IMG/VR virus record: IMGVR_UViG_3300009702_000006
Span: 1-41,232 of that record
DNA length: 41,232 nt
Source: a virus
Direction: 5' to 3' (one strand)
Shown here: positions 1 through 9,515 of the stretch, in pieces
How positions within the stretch are numbered: the stretch's first letter is position 1
Layout: each line of letters begins with the position of its first letter
The notes under the pieces: model-generated
Told to the model about the DNA's origin: nothing
Databases searched by the model: none
Seen by the model: only the letters and a program-made list of their open reading frames with translations
Program-made: the position numbers and the translations under genes

Positions 1-123
1 GTATAAAATTAGCAAGTAAGCGTTCAAAATTAATTAATAAAGGTGAAGCTAATGCCAAAGATATTTCAACTTATTATCATGGCTCACCCTTCCCGTTTGA
101 ACGCTTTGATATAACAAAATCTA
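1..123. repeat. Terminal overlap copy 1, identical to 41110-41232; the contig closes into a circle of about 41,109 bp
   Basis: Compared base by base. Both copies read gtataaaattagcaagtaag...cgctttgatataacaaaatcta. The overlap lies inside an open reading frame. Confidence 0.95.
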
Positions 124-3059
124 AAGATACATTTATACATGGTAGTTTAGACCCTGATTTTGCAAATGAATTTCCTAAGCTTTATAGTGATCAACGAAAA
201 ACAGTAATAATTAAACCTTTTAAAGTAAAAGGAAAAATATTAAAAGTTGATGATGTCGATACCCAAATTAAACATGTTAAAGATATTGTTTCTAAACAAA
301 TTGACAAATTTGAATTTATAGCTAGTCGAGAGCCACAAGTTATAAATAGACAAAATGAAGAATTTTTAAAGGAGTTTGGCCAAGTTTTAAATGTTCTTTA
401 TAATAATAGTTTAGAACCTTTTGCAGTTGTAAGCCTTCGTGGCTTAACAAAAGAAAATATTCTCAAACAAGTTGAAACTTTTGTAAAAGGTCGTATTACT
501 TTTGACGGTTCGACTTGGAGATTATTTGAAACTAAAGGAATTGCTAAAGGTTTACAAGGTAAAGGATTTGTTGCTTCAGAAGTTAAAGCTACATTAAAAA
601 GTGGTGCTCCTTTAGTTACTAATGTTGTAGTCTATAATCCTGCATCTATTGTAGATATGGGGACAGAATTATTTAATAATTTAGCTAAATCTAAAAAATT
701 AATTAGGGTAGAAAAACAATTAGATGATACTACAAAATTTTTAGCTACATTAAATACTGGATTAATTCCAGAAAAGATTGCGACTAAAATACGTGATACT
801 ATTAAAACAACAAAAGCGGTATTTAAAGAAAAACCTGCTGATCCTTTATTAGAGGATGCTCAGATTCTTGTTAAAAGTAAAGAAGCTAGAGCTGCACGTA
901 TTGCTGGTGATGAGGTTGTAAGTTTACAGGGTGAAATTTCATCCCTAGCAGAAGCATCAGGTCGATCTCTAGAGGAACAATCTAGACGATTGACAAATCT
1001 ACTTGAGAATCGCCATTTGGTTGACGGTGAAACAAGTGTATTACCGAAAATAGCAAAGAAAGCCAATGAAGAAAATGCACAAGCATTAATAAAATTTAAA
1101 AAAGCTGAAGCTGAAGCTACTAAATTAGCAACACCAGAAGCAAAGAATAAAGCGTTAATTAAGGCTCGACAAACTTATGATCAAAAACTTTTTACTATTA
1201 AACAAAATGCAGAACGAACTAGACTACAGGTTGTCGCTGGGGCAAATAGTATAAGAAATGCGTCATCTGCTGAACTATCTTTTCTTGATAAATATGCTAA
1301 TACATTTGAAGAGTTATTAGCCCGTGAACAAGATAGTGGTATACAAATTAGTAAATTAGAATCTAGCGGAGGTGTTACTTCTTATGTTCCACGACAACTT
1401 AGTCAGGCAGCTAAGGATTTAAAACGAACCAATCCTCAACGCTTCGAGATCTTTAATCGTGAATTAGCTGTTCGTTTAGGTGAAGCCAAACAGCGTTCAA
1501 TTTTCGTAGACTCTACTTTACGAGAAATTAATCGTATATTCCGTGAAGATTTTGGTTTCAAAGGTGACTTTTTCGAGGAAGATTTCTTAAAGATATTGGC
1601 AAAGCGTCGTGCAAATAGTATTAAACAAATACATAAAGCTGAATTTATTAATTTTGGTATAAGTGAACTGGCGGGTAAAGGTAAAATTGGTGACGAAACT
1701 GTTACTGTTAAATCAGTATTAAGAAAAGCTAATTTAGATGTTAAGCATCCACGTTATGCTGATATAATCGATAAAAAAATTCTAGCAGACAGAGCAGATG
1801 AGCTTCTTGGTGTTAATAGAATATTAGAGAAAAGTGTTTTTAATAATAAAGGATTACGACAGGTCCTTAGTGTAGTAGAATCTTTTAATCGTAGATATAG
1901 AATACTATTAACATCTGTGTTTCCAGCTTTTCATACCAGAAATGAAATAGGAAATATTTATTTAAATTTACTAGCTGGCTATGATCCTATTAGATTCGCA
2001 CCTGAATTTAAAAAGGCTACTCAAATAATTATTGGTGCTAGACGTGGAACACTTGTAGGAAAAGATTTAGAATTATTAAATGAATTAAAAGATTTTAGAG
2101 TAATCAATAGTGGACAATTTGCTCTTGACTTAGAAGATATATCTAAGTTAGGGACTAATCCTATTGACCGTGCATTATCAGGACAAGGTAAGGCAGGTAT
2201 TCCATTCAAAGTGGGGCGTGAAGTAGGAAGGGATGTTGAAAATCATGCTCGTGTTTTCCATTATCTTGCAGCTCGCAGAGCTGGTTTAACTGTTATAGAA
2301 GCTGTTAAATCAATGAATAAGCATCTTTTTGACTATACTCAATTAGGTGAAATTGAAAAAACTGTTTTGCGTCCTACACTTTTATTCTATACATGGTTAC
2401 GAAAAAATATTCCGTTACAGATTATGTCTACAATTGAAGACCCACGATTAGCAAATTTGTATGCAGCAGCAACAAGTTTAAATAAAGATGATGTACCTGA
2501 TTATTTACGGGCATCACGTTCATTCTCTCTAGGGCAACGAGATCAAGTAGTTGGACAATTAGGTTTACCTATTGAGGACTTAAGTATTTTTAGCACAGCA
2601 GGTGCTGATCCAGGATTTTTTAATCAAACAGAAAGATTAGTATCTAGAATTCTTAGTCGTACAACACCTTTAATTAGATTTCCTCTTGAAGTGGCTAAAG
2701 GAAGTAGTTTTTTCAGTAATAAAAGATTATCAGAAATGTCCACTTTTGAATTAACTAATCTTTTTAATCCAGCAAGTCGTGTTGCTAGAACGGGCTCGGA
2801 GATAGTGGATAGTTTGGCTGGAAAAACACCTATAGGTGAAACATTAATTCGTAATCTCACTGGTATTAAAGTTTATAACTCTAAACCTGCACGGCGAAAT
2901 CTCGATCGTATAAAACGAAAAGCGTTACTATCAGGAAAATTTCAGCGAGAAGGCTTCCTTGTTATACCTAAACAACAATTCAAAAATGATCCTGAAGTTA
3001 TTGTATTAAAGAAACAGTTATCCGCAGCCAATAAGGCTTTAAGAGAGAGTAATAAATAA
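3..3059 (+). CDS. C-terminal part of the wrap-around giant virion-internal/ejection-type protein (starts at 40482; 1228 aa on the circle)
   Basis: The frame of the listed ORF 657-3059 stays open back to base 3; I translated it by hand and found no stop. It is in phase with the open + frame 40482-41232 across the 123-bp overlap. Its position and size match T7 gp16-type internal proteins. Confidence 0.85.
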   Translation: MKLASKRSKLINKGEANAKDISTYYHGSPFPFERFDITKSKDTFIHGSLDPDFANEFPKLYSDQRKTVIIKPFKVKGKILKVDDVDTQIKHVKDIVSKQIDKFEFIASREPQVINRQNEEFLKEFGQVLNVLYNNSLEPFAVVSLRGLTKENILKQVETFVKGRITFDGSTWRLFETKGIAKGLQGKGFVASEVKATLKSGAPLVTNVVVYNPASIVDMGTELFNNLAKSKKLIRVEKQLDDTTKFLATLNTGLIPEKIATKIRDTIKTTKAVFKEKPADPLLEDAQILVKSKEARAARIAGDEVVSLQGEISSLAEASGRSLEEQSRRLTNLLENRHLVDGETSVLPKIAKKANEENAQALIKFKKAEAEATKLATPEAKNKALIKARQTYDQKLFTIKQNAERTRLQVVAGANSIRNASSAELSFLDKYANTFEELLAREQDSGIQISKLESSGGVTSYVPRQLSQAAKDLKRTNPQRFEIFNRELAVRLGEAKQRSIFVDSTLREINRIFREDFGFKGDFFEEDFLKILAKRRANSIKQIHKAEFINFGISELAGKGKIGDETVTVKSVLRKANLDVKHPRYADIIDKKILADRADELLGVNRILEKSVFNNKGLRQVLSVVESFNRRYRILLTSVFPAFHTRNEIGNIYLNLLAGYDPIRFAPEFKKATQIIIGARRGTLVGKDLELLNELKDFRVINSGQFALDLEDISKLGTNPIDRALSGQGKAGIPFKVGREVGRDVENHARVFHYLAARRAGLTVIEAVKSMNKHLFDYTQLGEIEKTVLRPTLLFYTWLRKNIPLQIMSTIEDPRLANLYAAATSLNKDDVPDYLRASRSFSLGQRDQVVGQLGLPIEDLSIFSTAGADPGFFNQTERLVSRILSRTTPLIRFPLEVAKGSSFFSNKRLSEMSTFELTNLFNPASRVARTGSEIVDSLAGKTPIGETLIRNLTGIKVYNSKPARRNLDRIKRKALLSGKFQREGFLVIPKQQFKNDPEVIVLKKQLSAANKALRESNK

Positions 3060-3061
3060 AT

Positions 3062-3277
3062 ATGTCTGATGATCTTCGTGAATGGTTAGCTAAACACTGT
3101 GGCAAAGTAGATGCGTATTGGAAAATGCAATTAGACTGGAATAAAAATATGTTACACTGGAAGGATAGAGTAGATATAAAAATATCTTCTTTAGAGAAAA
3201 AAGTTATGTGGCTTACAGGTTTTGCTGCTGCGATCGGTGCTATATTAGGTAATCTAATAAATAGATTTCTAATTTAA
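3062..3277 (+). CDS. Small protein with a C-terminal transmembrane helix (holin-like by position)
   Basis: 71 aa with a hydrophobic C-terminus, VMWLTGFAAAIGAILGNLINRFLI. It is the last gene of the plus arm, where T7-like phages carry a holin. Confidence 0.5.
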   Translation: MSDDLREWLAKHCGKVDAYWKMQLDWNKNMLHWKDRVDIKISSLEKKVMWLTGFAAAIGAILGNLINRFLI

Positions 3278-5886
3278 TACACCGTCACTAGACGGCCACC
3301 CTTTATCCGTTTCAAACGTGGTAAGGGGTGGTTGTCTTTTTCCCAGCTTACATTAGCTAGATATAGAGTAGCTCCTGAACCATAATGACCTTTAACTATT
3401 GGAATTTCTTTTGATACTCTTATTTTACTCCAATTATTTCTTTCTTCAGCGGGAAGCCACAGCATAAATTTGTCATAAAATATTTTAAATTCAATTTTAT
3501 GTCCTTCTGCAGTATGAATTGTTTCAGCAATAAAAGTATCAAGAGGTGATTTATTATAAATCATATGTTCTTGTTTTAATTCAGTTTCGATTACAGGGAT
3601 TGTTAATCTACCTACACGTTGTGGCAATTCAAAATTAATAAGTGTGTACAGAAAGGCAGGTGCTTCATACTCCAATTTCTGTAATAGTTCATACTTAGGA
3701 ATTTCAGTTTCTAAAGCATCAACTTGAATTATTGTAATACGAGTATCACCTGGAAGTATAGGACAGTAATCAGGATTGTTTGCACACTGAATCCAATGTG
3801 TACTATTTATAATATCATAAGGTGTTTTACCTTTTATATGAATAGAAAGCGTTCGTCCGGTGACCCAATCTTTAATTCTATCTGGAGCATGTCCTCGTTT
3901 TGACAGGTTTGTTTCTTCCACGATACAAAATATTCCCGCTGCGAGTTCTCCATTAAAGCCATTCGTATTAGTGAGAGCGTTGTCTGCTCGAATATATCCT
4001 TTTGTGAACAATAAAGACAATGCTTCATGGAAAATAGATTTTCCAGTATTTTGTCCACCAAAAAAGAACAGGTAAGGGGTGGCTTCATTCGGATATTGGA
4101 TACATGCTGCACACCATGCTTGCAAGTAAAGTAAACCGTTAATAATACCGTTATCTTTTGCCCATGTAAGATCTCTGAGAGTTTCATTTAAGCTTTCTCC
4201 ACAATGTTTAAAGACATTATCCCATGTAGGATGTTTACCACGTTCAGGCTCGAAACGCAATTGGGCTGAATTCTTATTCCATTCTCTATTCCCTGGATAT
4301 TCAGCCTGAAAAGGTTTATTAACTAATGACCAATTATTTAAAACTGCAACGCCCAATATATGTTCAACGCTTGCTGGCTTATAACCCTGAGCAAGTAATG
4401 CAGATTTAACATTTGATCTATTTTCTTGAATCCATTTATTTGTAGTATATAAATACCATCCCCAATCTATATGATTTAAAATTACATGACGGATTAATTC
4501 GTCAGGGATATCAGTATCTGGAGGCATACCCTCACGATTTAAAGAATAAAATCTTTCCCATTTTTTCTTTTTTAATGACCACCCTGTTATATATTCATCA
4601 TGTTCTGTAGCATCAAAAGATATTTTTAATCTACCGTCACGTAATTCTCTAATAATACAAGGTCTGATCTTAAAGTGTTCGGGAATATCCACTCTAATCC
4701 CAACTTTATCCAAGGCAAGTAAGCCGTCATTGAGGTTACTAAAGGAGAAATCTTGTTCTCCTTCAACTCCTTTAGAAGTTCTGCAAGCTGTTCGGAAGCT
4801 AGGAAGAGTATTGTAAAAGCATGTTGTCCAACCGGAACTATCATTAAACCAATTGGAACTTTCTGTTGTACCTTTAGAATGACGGCGTACCGCCCATCCT
4901 CCATTATATAGGGGAAAACAAAAACAATTTTGGTCATTTCCTCTATCCTTTCCTGTTGATATAGTGTCATATACACCTTTTAAATTTAATTCTTGAAATG
5001 CTAATTTCAGATCATAGGTATGACAAACCAACATTTGTTTTTTATCATCGAACCACCATAATGCTGGACTATCTTCAAACCATCGTAATAGTTTAATATG
5101 TTCATGATTTAATTCCACAACTCTATTAGAAGCAACAATACTATCAACACTTTGTGTAGGTTTTCCTTTTTGTACAATAACTTTTCTAGAAACTATTTTA
5201 ATATAGTTTCGCCAGTTAGCTGGTATAATAGAGATTGGATCGGCAGTTTTTATACATTTATAACTTTCATTTGGTTTAGCATTACGATGCCAAACCCACA
5301 TATTTCCACCTAGAGTGTCAACTTTACTTTCTAAGTTTAGACCAGTTAATGCAGAAATTTTAGATAGTATAGCTCTAGCTACTGCTGCATGTTCGGTGTG
5401 TGTGGCAATAGTTTCTTTTGATGCTATAAATACATAGATATGCAAACCTGTTCCACTAGTACTAGTGAATAAATTAATAATTGGTAATTCAGCAAGTTTA
5501 GTTTTAATCTCTTGTAATTCATCACCGGTTAAACCTACTTTATGCCCAACAATAGAATCGAAATCAAAGCCGACCCATCGACTACGTTTACAACGCCAAT
5601 CCCATCCAGTCATACCAATAGCTTCAGCATGTTTCGATATATCAAATTTAATTTCTCTATCTATATAGTTTGGATTACGATTCGCATCCCATGGAATTCT
5701 AAAATGTTTCCAGGTTTGTAGACCATCAGTAAAACCTTGCCAACGTAATCCTTCATATTCACCCTGAATAATTTCACCTTCATCACGAGCTACATTAACT
5801 TGTACTTCCATATCTGGACTATAAAGTTTACCCATCTCATAGGGCTGCTGTGATAAAAATTGTTTGATTGCTTCAGTCTTTAACAT
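3274..5886 (-). CDS. Primase-polymerase (AEP) fused to an SF3/D5-type helicase
   Basis: 870 aa. AEP motifs VGFDFDS (DxD) and TSGTGLHIYVF (sGxGxH). Walker A GGQNTGKS and Walker B-like FCIVEE in the C-terminal half. AAGGA SD upstream. Confidence 0.8.
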   Translation of the reverse strand: MLKTEAIKQFLSQQPYEMGKLYSPDMEVQVNVARDEGEIIQGEYEGLRWQGFTDGLQTWKHFRIPWDANRNPNYIDREIKFDISKHAEAIGMTGWDWRCKRSRWVGFDFDSIVGHKVGLTGDELQEIKTKLAELPIINLFTSTSGTGLHIYVFIASKETIATHTEHAAVARAILSKISALTGLNLESKVDTLGGNMWVWHRNAKPNESYKCIKTADPISIIPANWRNYIKIVSRKVIVQKGKPTQSVDSIVASNRVVELNHEHIKLLRWFEDSPALWWFDDKKQMLVCHTYDLKLAFQELNLKGVYDTISTGKDRGNDQNCFCFPLYNGGWAVRRHSKGTTESSNWFNDSSGWTTCFYNTLPSFRTACRTSKGVEGEQDFSFSNLNDGLLALDKVGIRVDIPEHFKIRPCIIRELRDGRLKISFDATEHDEYITGWSLKKKKWERFYSLNREGMPPDTDIPDELIRHVILNHIDWGWYLYTTNKWIQENRSNVKSALLAQGYKPASVEHILGVAVLNNWSLVNKPFQAEYPGNREWNKNSAQLRFEPERGKHPTWDNVFKHCGESLNETLRDLTWAKDNGIINGLLYLQAWCAACIQYPNEATPYLFFFGGQNTGKSIFHEALSLLFTKGYIRADNALTNTNGFNGELAAGIFCIVEETNLSKRGHAPDRIKDWVTGRTLSIHIKGKTPYDIINSTHWIQCANNPDYCPILPGDTRITIIQVDALETEIPKYELLQKLEYEAPAFLYTLINFELPQRVGRLTIPVIETELKQEHMIYNKSPLDTFIAETIHTAEGHKIEFKIFYDKFMLWLPAEERNNWSKIRVSKEIPIVKGHYGSGATLYLANVSWEKDNHPLPRLKRIKGGRLVTVY

Positions 5887-5888
5887 TC

Positions 5889-6128
5889 CTAATCCTTATC
5901 TATCTCTACAATTTTTACTCGACAGATTCTAAGTTTTTCATATTTCGTATCTGTACCACCCCATTCACGCTTTGTTTTCATTAAAATGGGACAATAATAT
6001 TTCCATTGTTCATTAAAAATATCAGAATGACGTTCCCAATCATTTATAGTTTTGTTCCATGCAGCCCATCCATCGAAGTCTCTGCCGAGAACAAGCCGCT
6101 TTCGTTTTGCTTTTGGTTTCTTAATCAT
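5889..6128 (-). CDS. Hypothetical basic protein (start moved to MIKKPKAKRKR)
   Basis: The ORF 5889-6152 is trimmed to an internal ATG that sits just past the stop of the upstream gene. No recognisable domain. Confidence 0.5.
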   Translation of the reverse strand: MIKKPKAKRKRLVLGRDFDGWAAWNKTINDWERHSDIFNEQWKYYCPILMKTKREWGGTDTKYEKLRICRVKIVEIDKD

Positions 6129-6945
6129 TCCATTGTCTCGCAATCCGCACAAAGTGTTCTTGACCAGTCCACAATATCTGTGTGCCCTCGCGATTCTGAA
6201 GTTCAGCCTTTGCTTCGGCTATCGGGAAATAATGTTTCCCGCCGACTTCAACATCCCCGACCATGATGCGATCAATAAGACGATCCGGTCCGACAGTGGC
6301 AATCATATTAGTATTACTTTGTTCGTCTTGTTCTTTATAGGCTACCGCTGTATTGAGAAACTTTGCGTTCGGAATCTCGCTGAAGATTTGTACCAAAAGA
6401 TGTGTAAAGTATCGGCGGTAGGGCAGGGCATCGGTGTTCGGCATGACTCGCGGTAGATTAAACCAAAACTCGACGCCATCGAAATCGCTCAACATCTTCA
6501 CAATTTCAAATATATCGAATGAAAACTCGGTATAGTCGCCTTTGCGAAACGGACCTTCAAGGTCGAGCAGGATTTTACGCTCGCCAAAATCAATCAGCTT
6601 TTGAATCGCCGGGATCATTGTTTCCTGCCAACCTTCAACATCCCACAGGCTATTCGGCGAACCAGACCACTCGTCCATTTGTTCATCATAAGCGACTGGT
6701 GGTGTCATGCCGTAGATGATTTGAAAGCGGTCTTTCAAAGGTAAAAGTTTATCCAATTCGTCGGGCAAGAATCCCCAGCCAGCATACCATTTCGGATGCG
6801 TTGTAACGATCAGCGAGTTAAAGCCGAATAGTTCAGCACCGACAACCACATGTATGATCCCTGGCAGATCGGGCAACTCCGGTTTGCCGGTGATACCTGC
6901 AAGCGGATCATTTATCTGAATCCATGGAATGATATTAGCTGGCAT
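6121..6945 (-). CDS. Hypothetical protein in the higher-GC islet
   Basis: 274 aa with a strong SD (aaagggaggacgaaaATG). GC is visibly higher than in the flanking genes. No motif recognised. Confidence 0.6.
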   Translation of the reverse strand: MPANIIPWIQINDPLAGITGKPELPDLPGIIHVVVGAELFGFNSLIVTTHPKWYAGWGFLPDELDKLLPLKDRFQIIYGMTPPVAYDEQMDEWSGSPNSLWDVEGWQETMIPAIQKLIDFGERKILLDLEGPFRKGDYTEFSFDIFEIVKMLSDFDGVEFWFNLPRVMPNTDALPYRRYFTHLLVQIFSEIPNAKFLNTAVAYKEQDEQSNTNMIATVGPDRLIDRIMVGDVEVGGKHYFPIAEAKAELQNREGTQILWTGQEHFVRIARQWND

Positions 6946-7222
6946 TTTCGTCCTCCCTTTTGTTTTGTTTCTGTTCCATCAAATCTTCGACTAATGCGAA
7001 ATCGCAATTGCAATGCGACGAACCTAGTAAAGCAATGCACCAACTCTTATGGCCGATATATTGTTTCCATTCTTTCCACGCTCTTCGTCGTGCGTTCTGT
7101 TCAGCTTCGCGGATTGTCTTGGCCAGGAATTCGACGAACGCATCGTCAGGATCAACTCCTTCACTGACGCCAGTCTCGCACCAATCCTTATATATCTGTC
7201 TGGCAATCTGTTCAGGCGTCAT
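6935..7222 (-). CDS. Hypothetical protein in the higher-GC islet
   Basis: 95 aa with SD ggagaggaataaaATG. Cys/His cluster HKSWC...SSHCNC near the C-terminus. Confidence 0.6.
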   Translation of the reverse strand: MTPEQIARQIYKDWCETGVSEGVDPDDAFVEFLAKTIREAEQNARRRAWKEWKQYIGHKSWCIALLGSSHCNCDFALVEDLMEQKQNKREDENAS

Positions 7223-7223
7223 T

Positions 7224-7484
7224 TTATTCCTCTCCTAATAATTGATCTAAACAATATATATAACCACAAATATCTATTAAATTATCTCTTTTGTGTTTTC
7301 CCGCTTCCCGTGCTATTTTAAATAAAATCATACAAATAGCTATGTCACTATGTGTTAATTTCATACCTAGGTATTCACTCCATAATCGTCGTATTCTGTT
7401 AAAGGATTCATCTATAGGTCCATATTCCTTTCTTTTAGTATCATCAACTAGTTTTTTTACTTCGTCTAAAATACTATCAGACAT
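7224..7484 (-). CDS. Conserved phage protein, DUF6378-like
   Basis: 86 aa. The pattern KEYG...F.RI..LWS.YLG..LT..DIA.CMILFKIAR....HKRDNLIDICGY matches my memory of that family. SD aaaggagaagtcactATG. Confidence 0.55.
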   Translation of the reverse strand: MSDSILDEVKKLVDDTKRKEYGPIDESFNRIRRLWSEYLGMKLTHSDIAICMILFKIAREAGKHKRDNLIDICGYIYCLDQLLGEE

Positions 7485-8355
7485 AGTGACTTCTCCTTTG
7501 TTCGTCGCCTAGAGTTCTTTTATAATATGTGCAAACTGGAGCACATTTACATACTGTATTCCATTTCTCACACGTCCATTTACTAGGTCGTGGTTGTTGA
7601 ATCTCTGCATAATATAGATTACTTGAAACTGCTTCCCACATCTGTTCTACTTTTTTCATTAATTTTAAACGATAGGATCGTGGAATGAAACCTTCGTGCA
7701 CTACAAAAATTAATTTATTCGGTTGATAACAAATTTCATGTATCTTATATTTAGCTTCTGTTCTACAAAGTAGCCAATTATAAAAACATAATTGTACTAA
7801 CCAATAATCTTTATCAATTTGTTCATCTATTTCGTCTGGAGCAATTACTTGTCCTGAATCCGTTAACAGATTCCAATCAATACGTTTACTATAACCTGTT
7901 GTCGGATATGCTTTGGAATTAAAACCTCTACATTTAAAATCTTCAGGGTAGCCATCAACAATAAGGTCTAATCTACCTAGAATAGGTACACCACCAATCC
8001 GTCCATATAATTCCTGTTCTACTTTTAGATCAATAGCATCCATAAAGGGTTCACATAACTTTGCTTTTATATATGCTTTAGCTGCCATCTTTGCAACAGT
8101 TCTATTTTCATCATCAATATTAGCTAATGCAATAGATAAATTAGTATGTGGTGCATCAAGATTTCTTTTTTGTACTATATAATCTATGACATATGCACTG
8201 AAAGCATTGCCTATTTGTGCCGGTCTAGTATATTCCCCAGCTGGCATTTGGAGACCTGACAGTTTAGACATAAAAACTTTATACTGACAACTTTCCCACT
8301 GTAAATATGTTGATGGGCTTATATATGGTAACTGTTTAAATACTTGCAGTTGCAT
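7477..8355 (-). CDS. PD-(D/E)XK nuclease, Cas4/RecB-like, with Fe-S-type cysteines
   Basis: 292 aa. GRLDLIVDG...EDFKCRG (D...D/ExK). One N-terminal Cys (ESCQYK) plus C-terminal C-x6-C-x-C-x3-C. Confidence 0.65.
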   Translation of the reverse strand: MQLQVFKQLPYISPSTYLQWESCQYKVFMSKLSGLQMPAGEYTRPAQIGNAFSAYVIDYIVQKRNLDAPHTNLSIALANIDDENRTVAKMAAKAYIKAKLCEPFMDAIDLKVEQELYGRIGGVPILGRLDLIVDGYPEDFKCRGFNSKAYPTTGYSKRIDWNLLTDSGQVIAPDEIDEQIDKDYWLVQLCFYNWLLCRTEAKYKIHEICYQPNKLIFVVHEGFIPRSYRLKLMKKVEQMWEAVSSNLYYAEIQQPRPSKWTCEKWNTVCKCAPVCTYYKRTLGDEQRRSHYV

Positions 8356-8677
8356 AGCAATCTCCTAAATAGTTTGTTAATCCTATCCATCCATTCGTTG
8401 GATCAGTAAAAAGAGAATAAATATGTCCATTAATATTTAAACCCTTTATAGCAATCACTTGTGGCTCTTCAATTAAATCATACATTTTTAATAGCTCATC
8501 CCTATAAATTACATAACGTTTATCTATAGTTAGATTAATTGCTAAAAATCTATTCTTATTCAGAGTTCGTGTATGAATTAGAATCCGCGTACCATTAAGT
8601 TTATCGGTTCTAGTGCCATAATATTCAGGTTTAATTTCCCAGACTTGACCTAGCCTAATCTTCGGTATTGTCTCCAA
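8336..8677 (-). CDS. Hypothetical protein
   Basis: 113-aa ORF, tightly packed in the operon with overlapping ends. Confidence 0.55.
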   Translation of the reverse strand: METIPKIRLGQVWEIKPEYYGTRTDKLNGTRILIHTRTLNKNRFLAINLTIDKRYVIYRDELLKMYDLIEEPQVIAIKGLNINGHIYSLFTDPTNGWIGLTNYLGDCYATASI

Positions 8678-8991
8678 TTGTCATTCTCCTGAAATAAAAG
8701 TTCATAGTCTTTTTCGTCACGCAAGACATATACTTTTTGACCATATTTATTCATTTTAGCAAAGAAAATCTCTTGTGAATATCTGAGTTTTTCTTTTGGT
8801 GCTTTAGTCTCAATCCACCGCAAGCCATGCAAGATATGTAAGCAGAGTAAATCCGGCAAGCCAGATTGATATTTCCCACCATGTAATTTTTTGATCATCC
8901 ATCCTCGTGCCTCCATATATCTTCGTAAACGCAATGCACCTTTAGCTTCTGGGCCTGTACGAACAGTATTACGCGGACGTTTATAGTTCAT
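8650..8991 (-). CDS. VRR-NUC family nuclease
   Basis: 113 aa. SGLPDLLCL...RWIETKAPKEKL fits the VRR-NUC PD...ExK core. Confidence 0.6.
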   Translation of the reverse strand: MNYKRPRNTVRTGPEAKGALRLRRYMEARGWMIKKLHGGKYQSGLPDLLCLHILHGLRWIETKAPKEKLRYSQEIFFAKMNKYGQKVYVLRDEKDYELLFQENDNWRQYRRLG

Positions 8992-8994
8992 TGT

Positions 8995-9336
8995 TTATCT
9001 TTTTCGTGTTGGTTTAGGTCTTAGACTCCATTCATACTTAACGTCACTACTTAATTGTCGTAATTGTTTAACCTCTTTACTTGACGCTGACAGTAACTTA
9101 AGATTCTTCCATGTTGATTTATTGAAAATCTTCCAAGTCTTTTTCATAATCTTTAATCTATTGAGAAACGGACCATGAATAAACTTATATGCTTTCCTTA
9201 AATTCTCATAGCTACTAGTCATCTCCTCAGCCCAGGAGAGAAGTTTAATTTTATTCAGATTCGACTCCTCAATTAAATCCTCATAGATGGTAATCGTACG
9301 CATAATCTCAAATTCCATTTCGTCTTTACTGGCCAT
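8995..9336 (-). CDS. Hypothetical protein
   Basis: 113-aa ORF. Its start overlaps the stop of the upstream small ORF (TAATG). Confidence 0.55.
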   Translation of the reverse strand: MASKDEMEFEIMRTITIYEDLIEESNLNKIKLLSWAEEMTSSYENLRKAYKFIHGPFLNRLKIMKKTWKIFNKSTWKNLKLLSASSKEVKQLRQLSSDVKYEWSLRPKPTRKR

Positions 9337-9515
9337 TACATTTCCTCTCTACCAAAGCCAAGGTATTTTTCAAACAATTTAACTAATCTTTTTAACGTAT
9401 TTTGTGTAAGTTTTTCATTACTATTTAATAAGTTTTGTACCCATCGTTCTTCCTTTTCTTCTAAAGTTAAATCTAACAATCGTAAGCATAGTTCATCCGA
9501 ATCAGATTTTTCCAT
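9336..9515 (-). CDS. Small hypothetical protein (59 aa, below the ORF-track cutoff)
   Basis: Hand translation gives MEKSDSDELCLRLLDLTLEEKEERWVQNLLNSNEKLTQNTLKRLVKLFEKYLGFGREEM. It fills an otherwise empty gap and overlaps both neighbours at start and stop. Confidence 0.45.
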   Translation of the reverse strand: MEKSDSDELCLRLLDLTLEEKEERWVQNLLNSNEKLTQNTLKRLVKLFEKYLGFGREEM

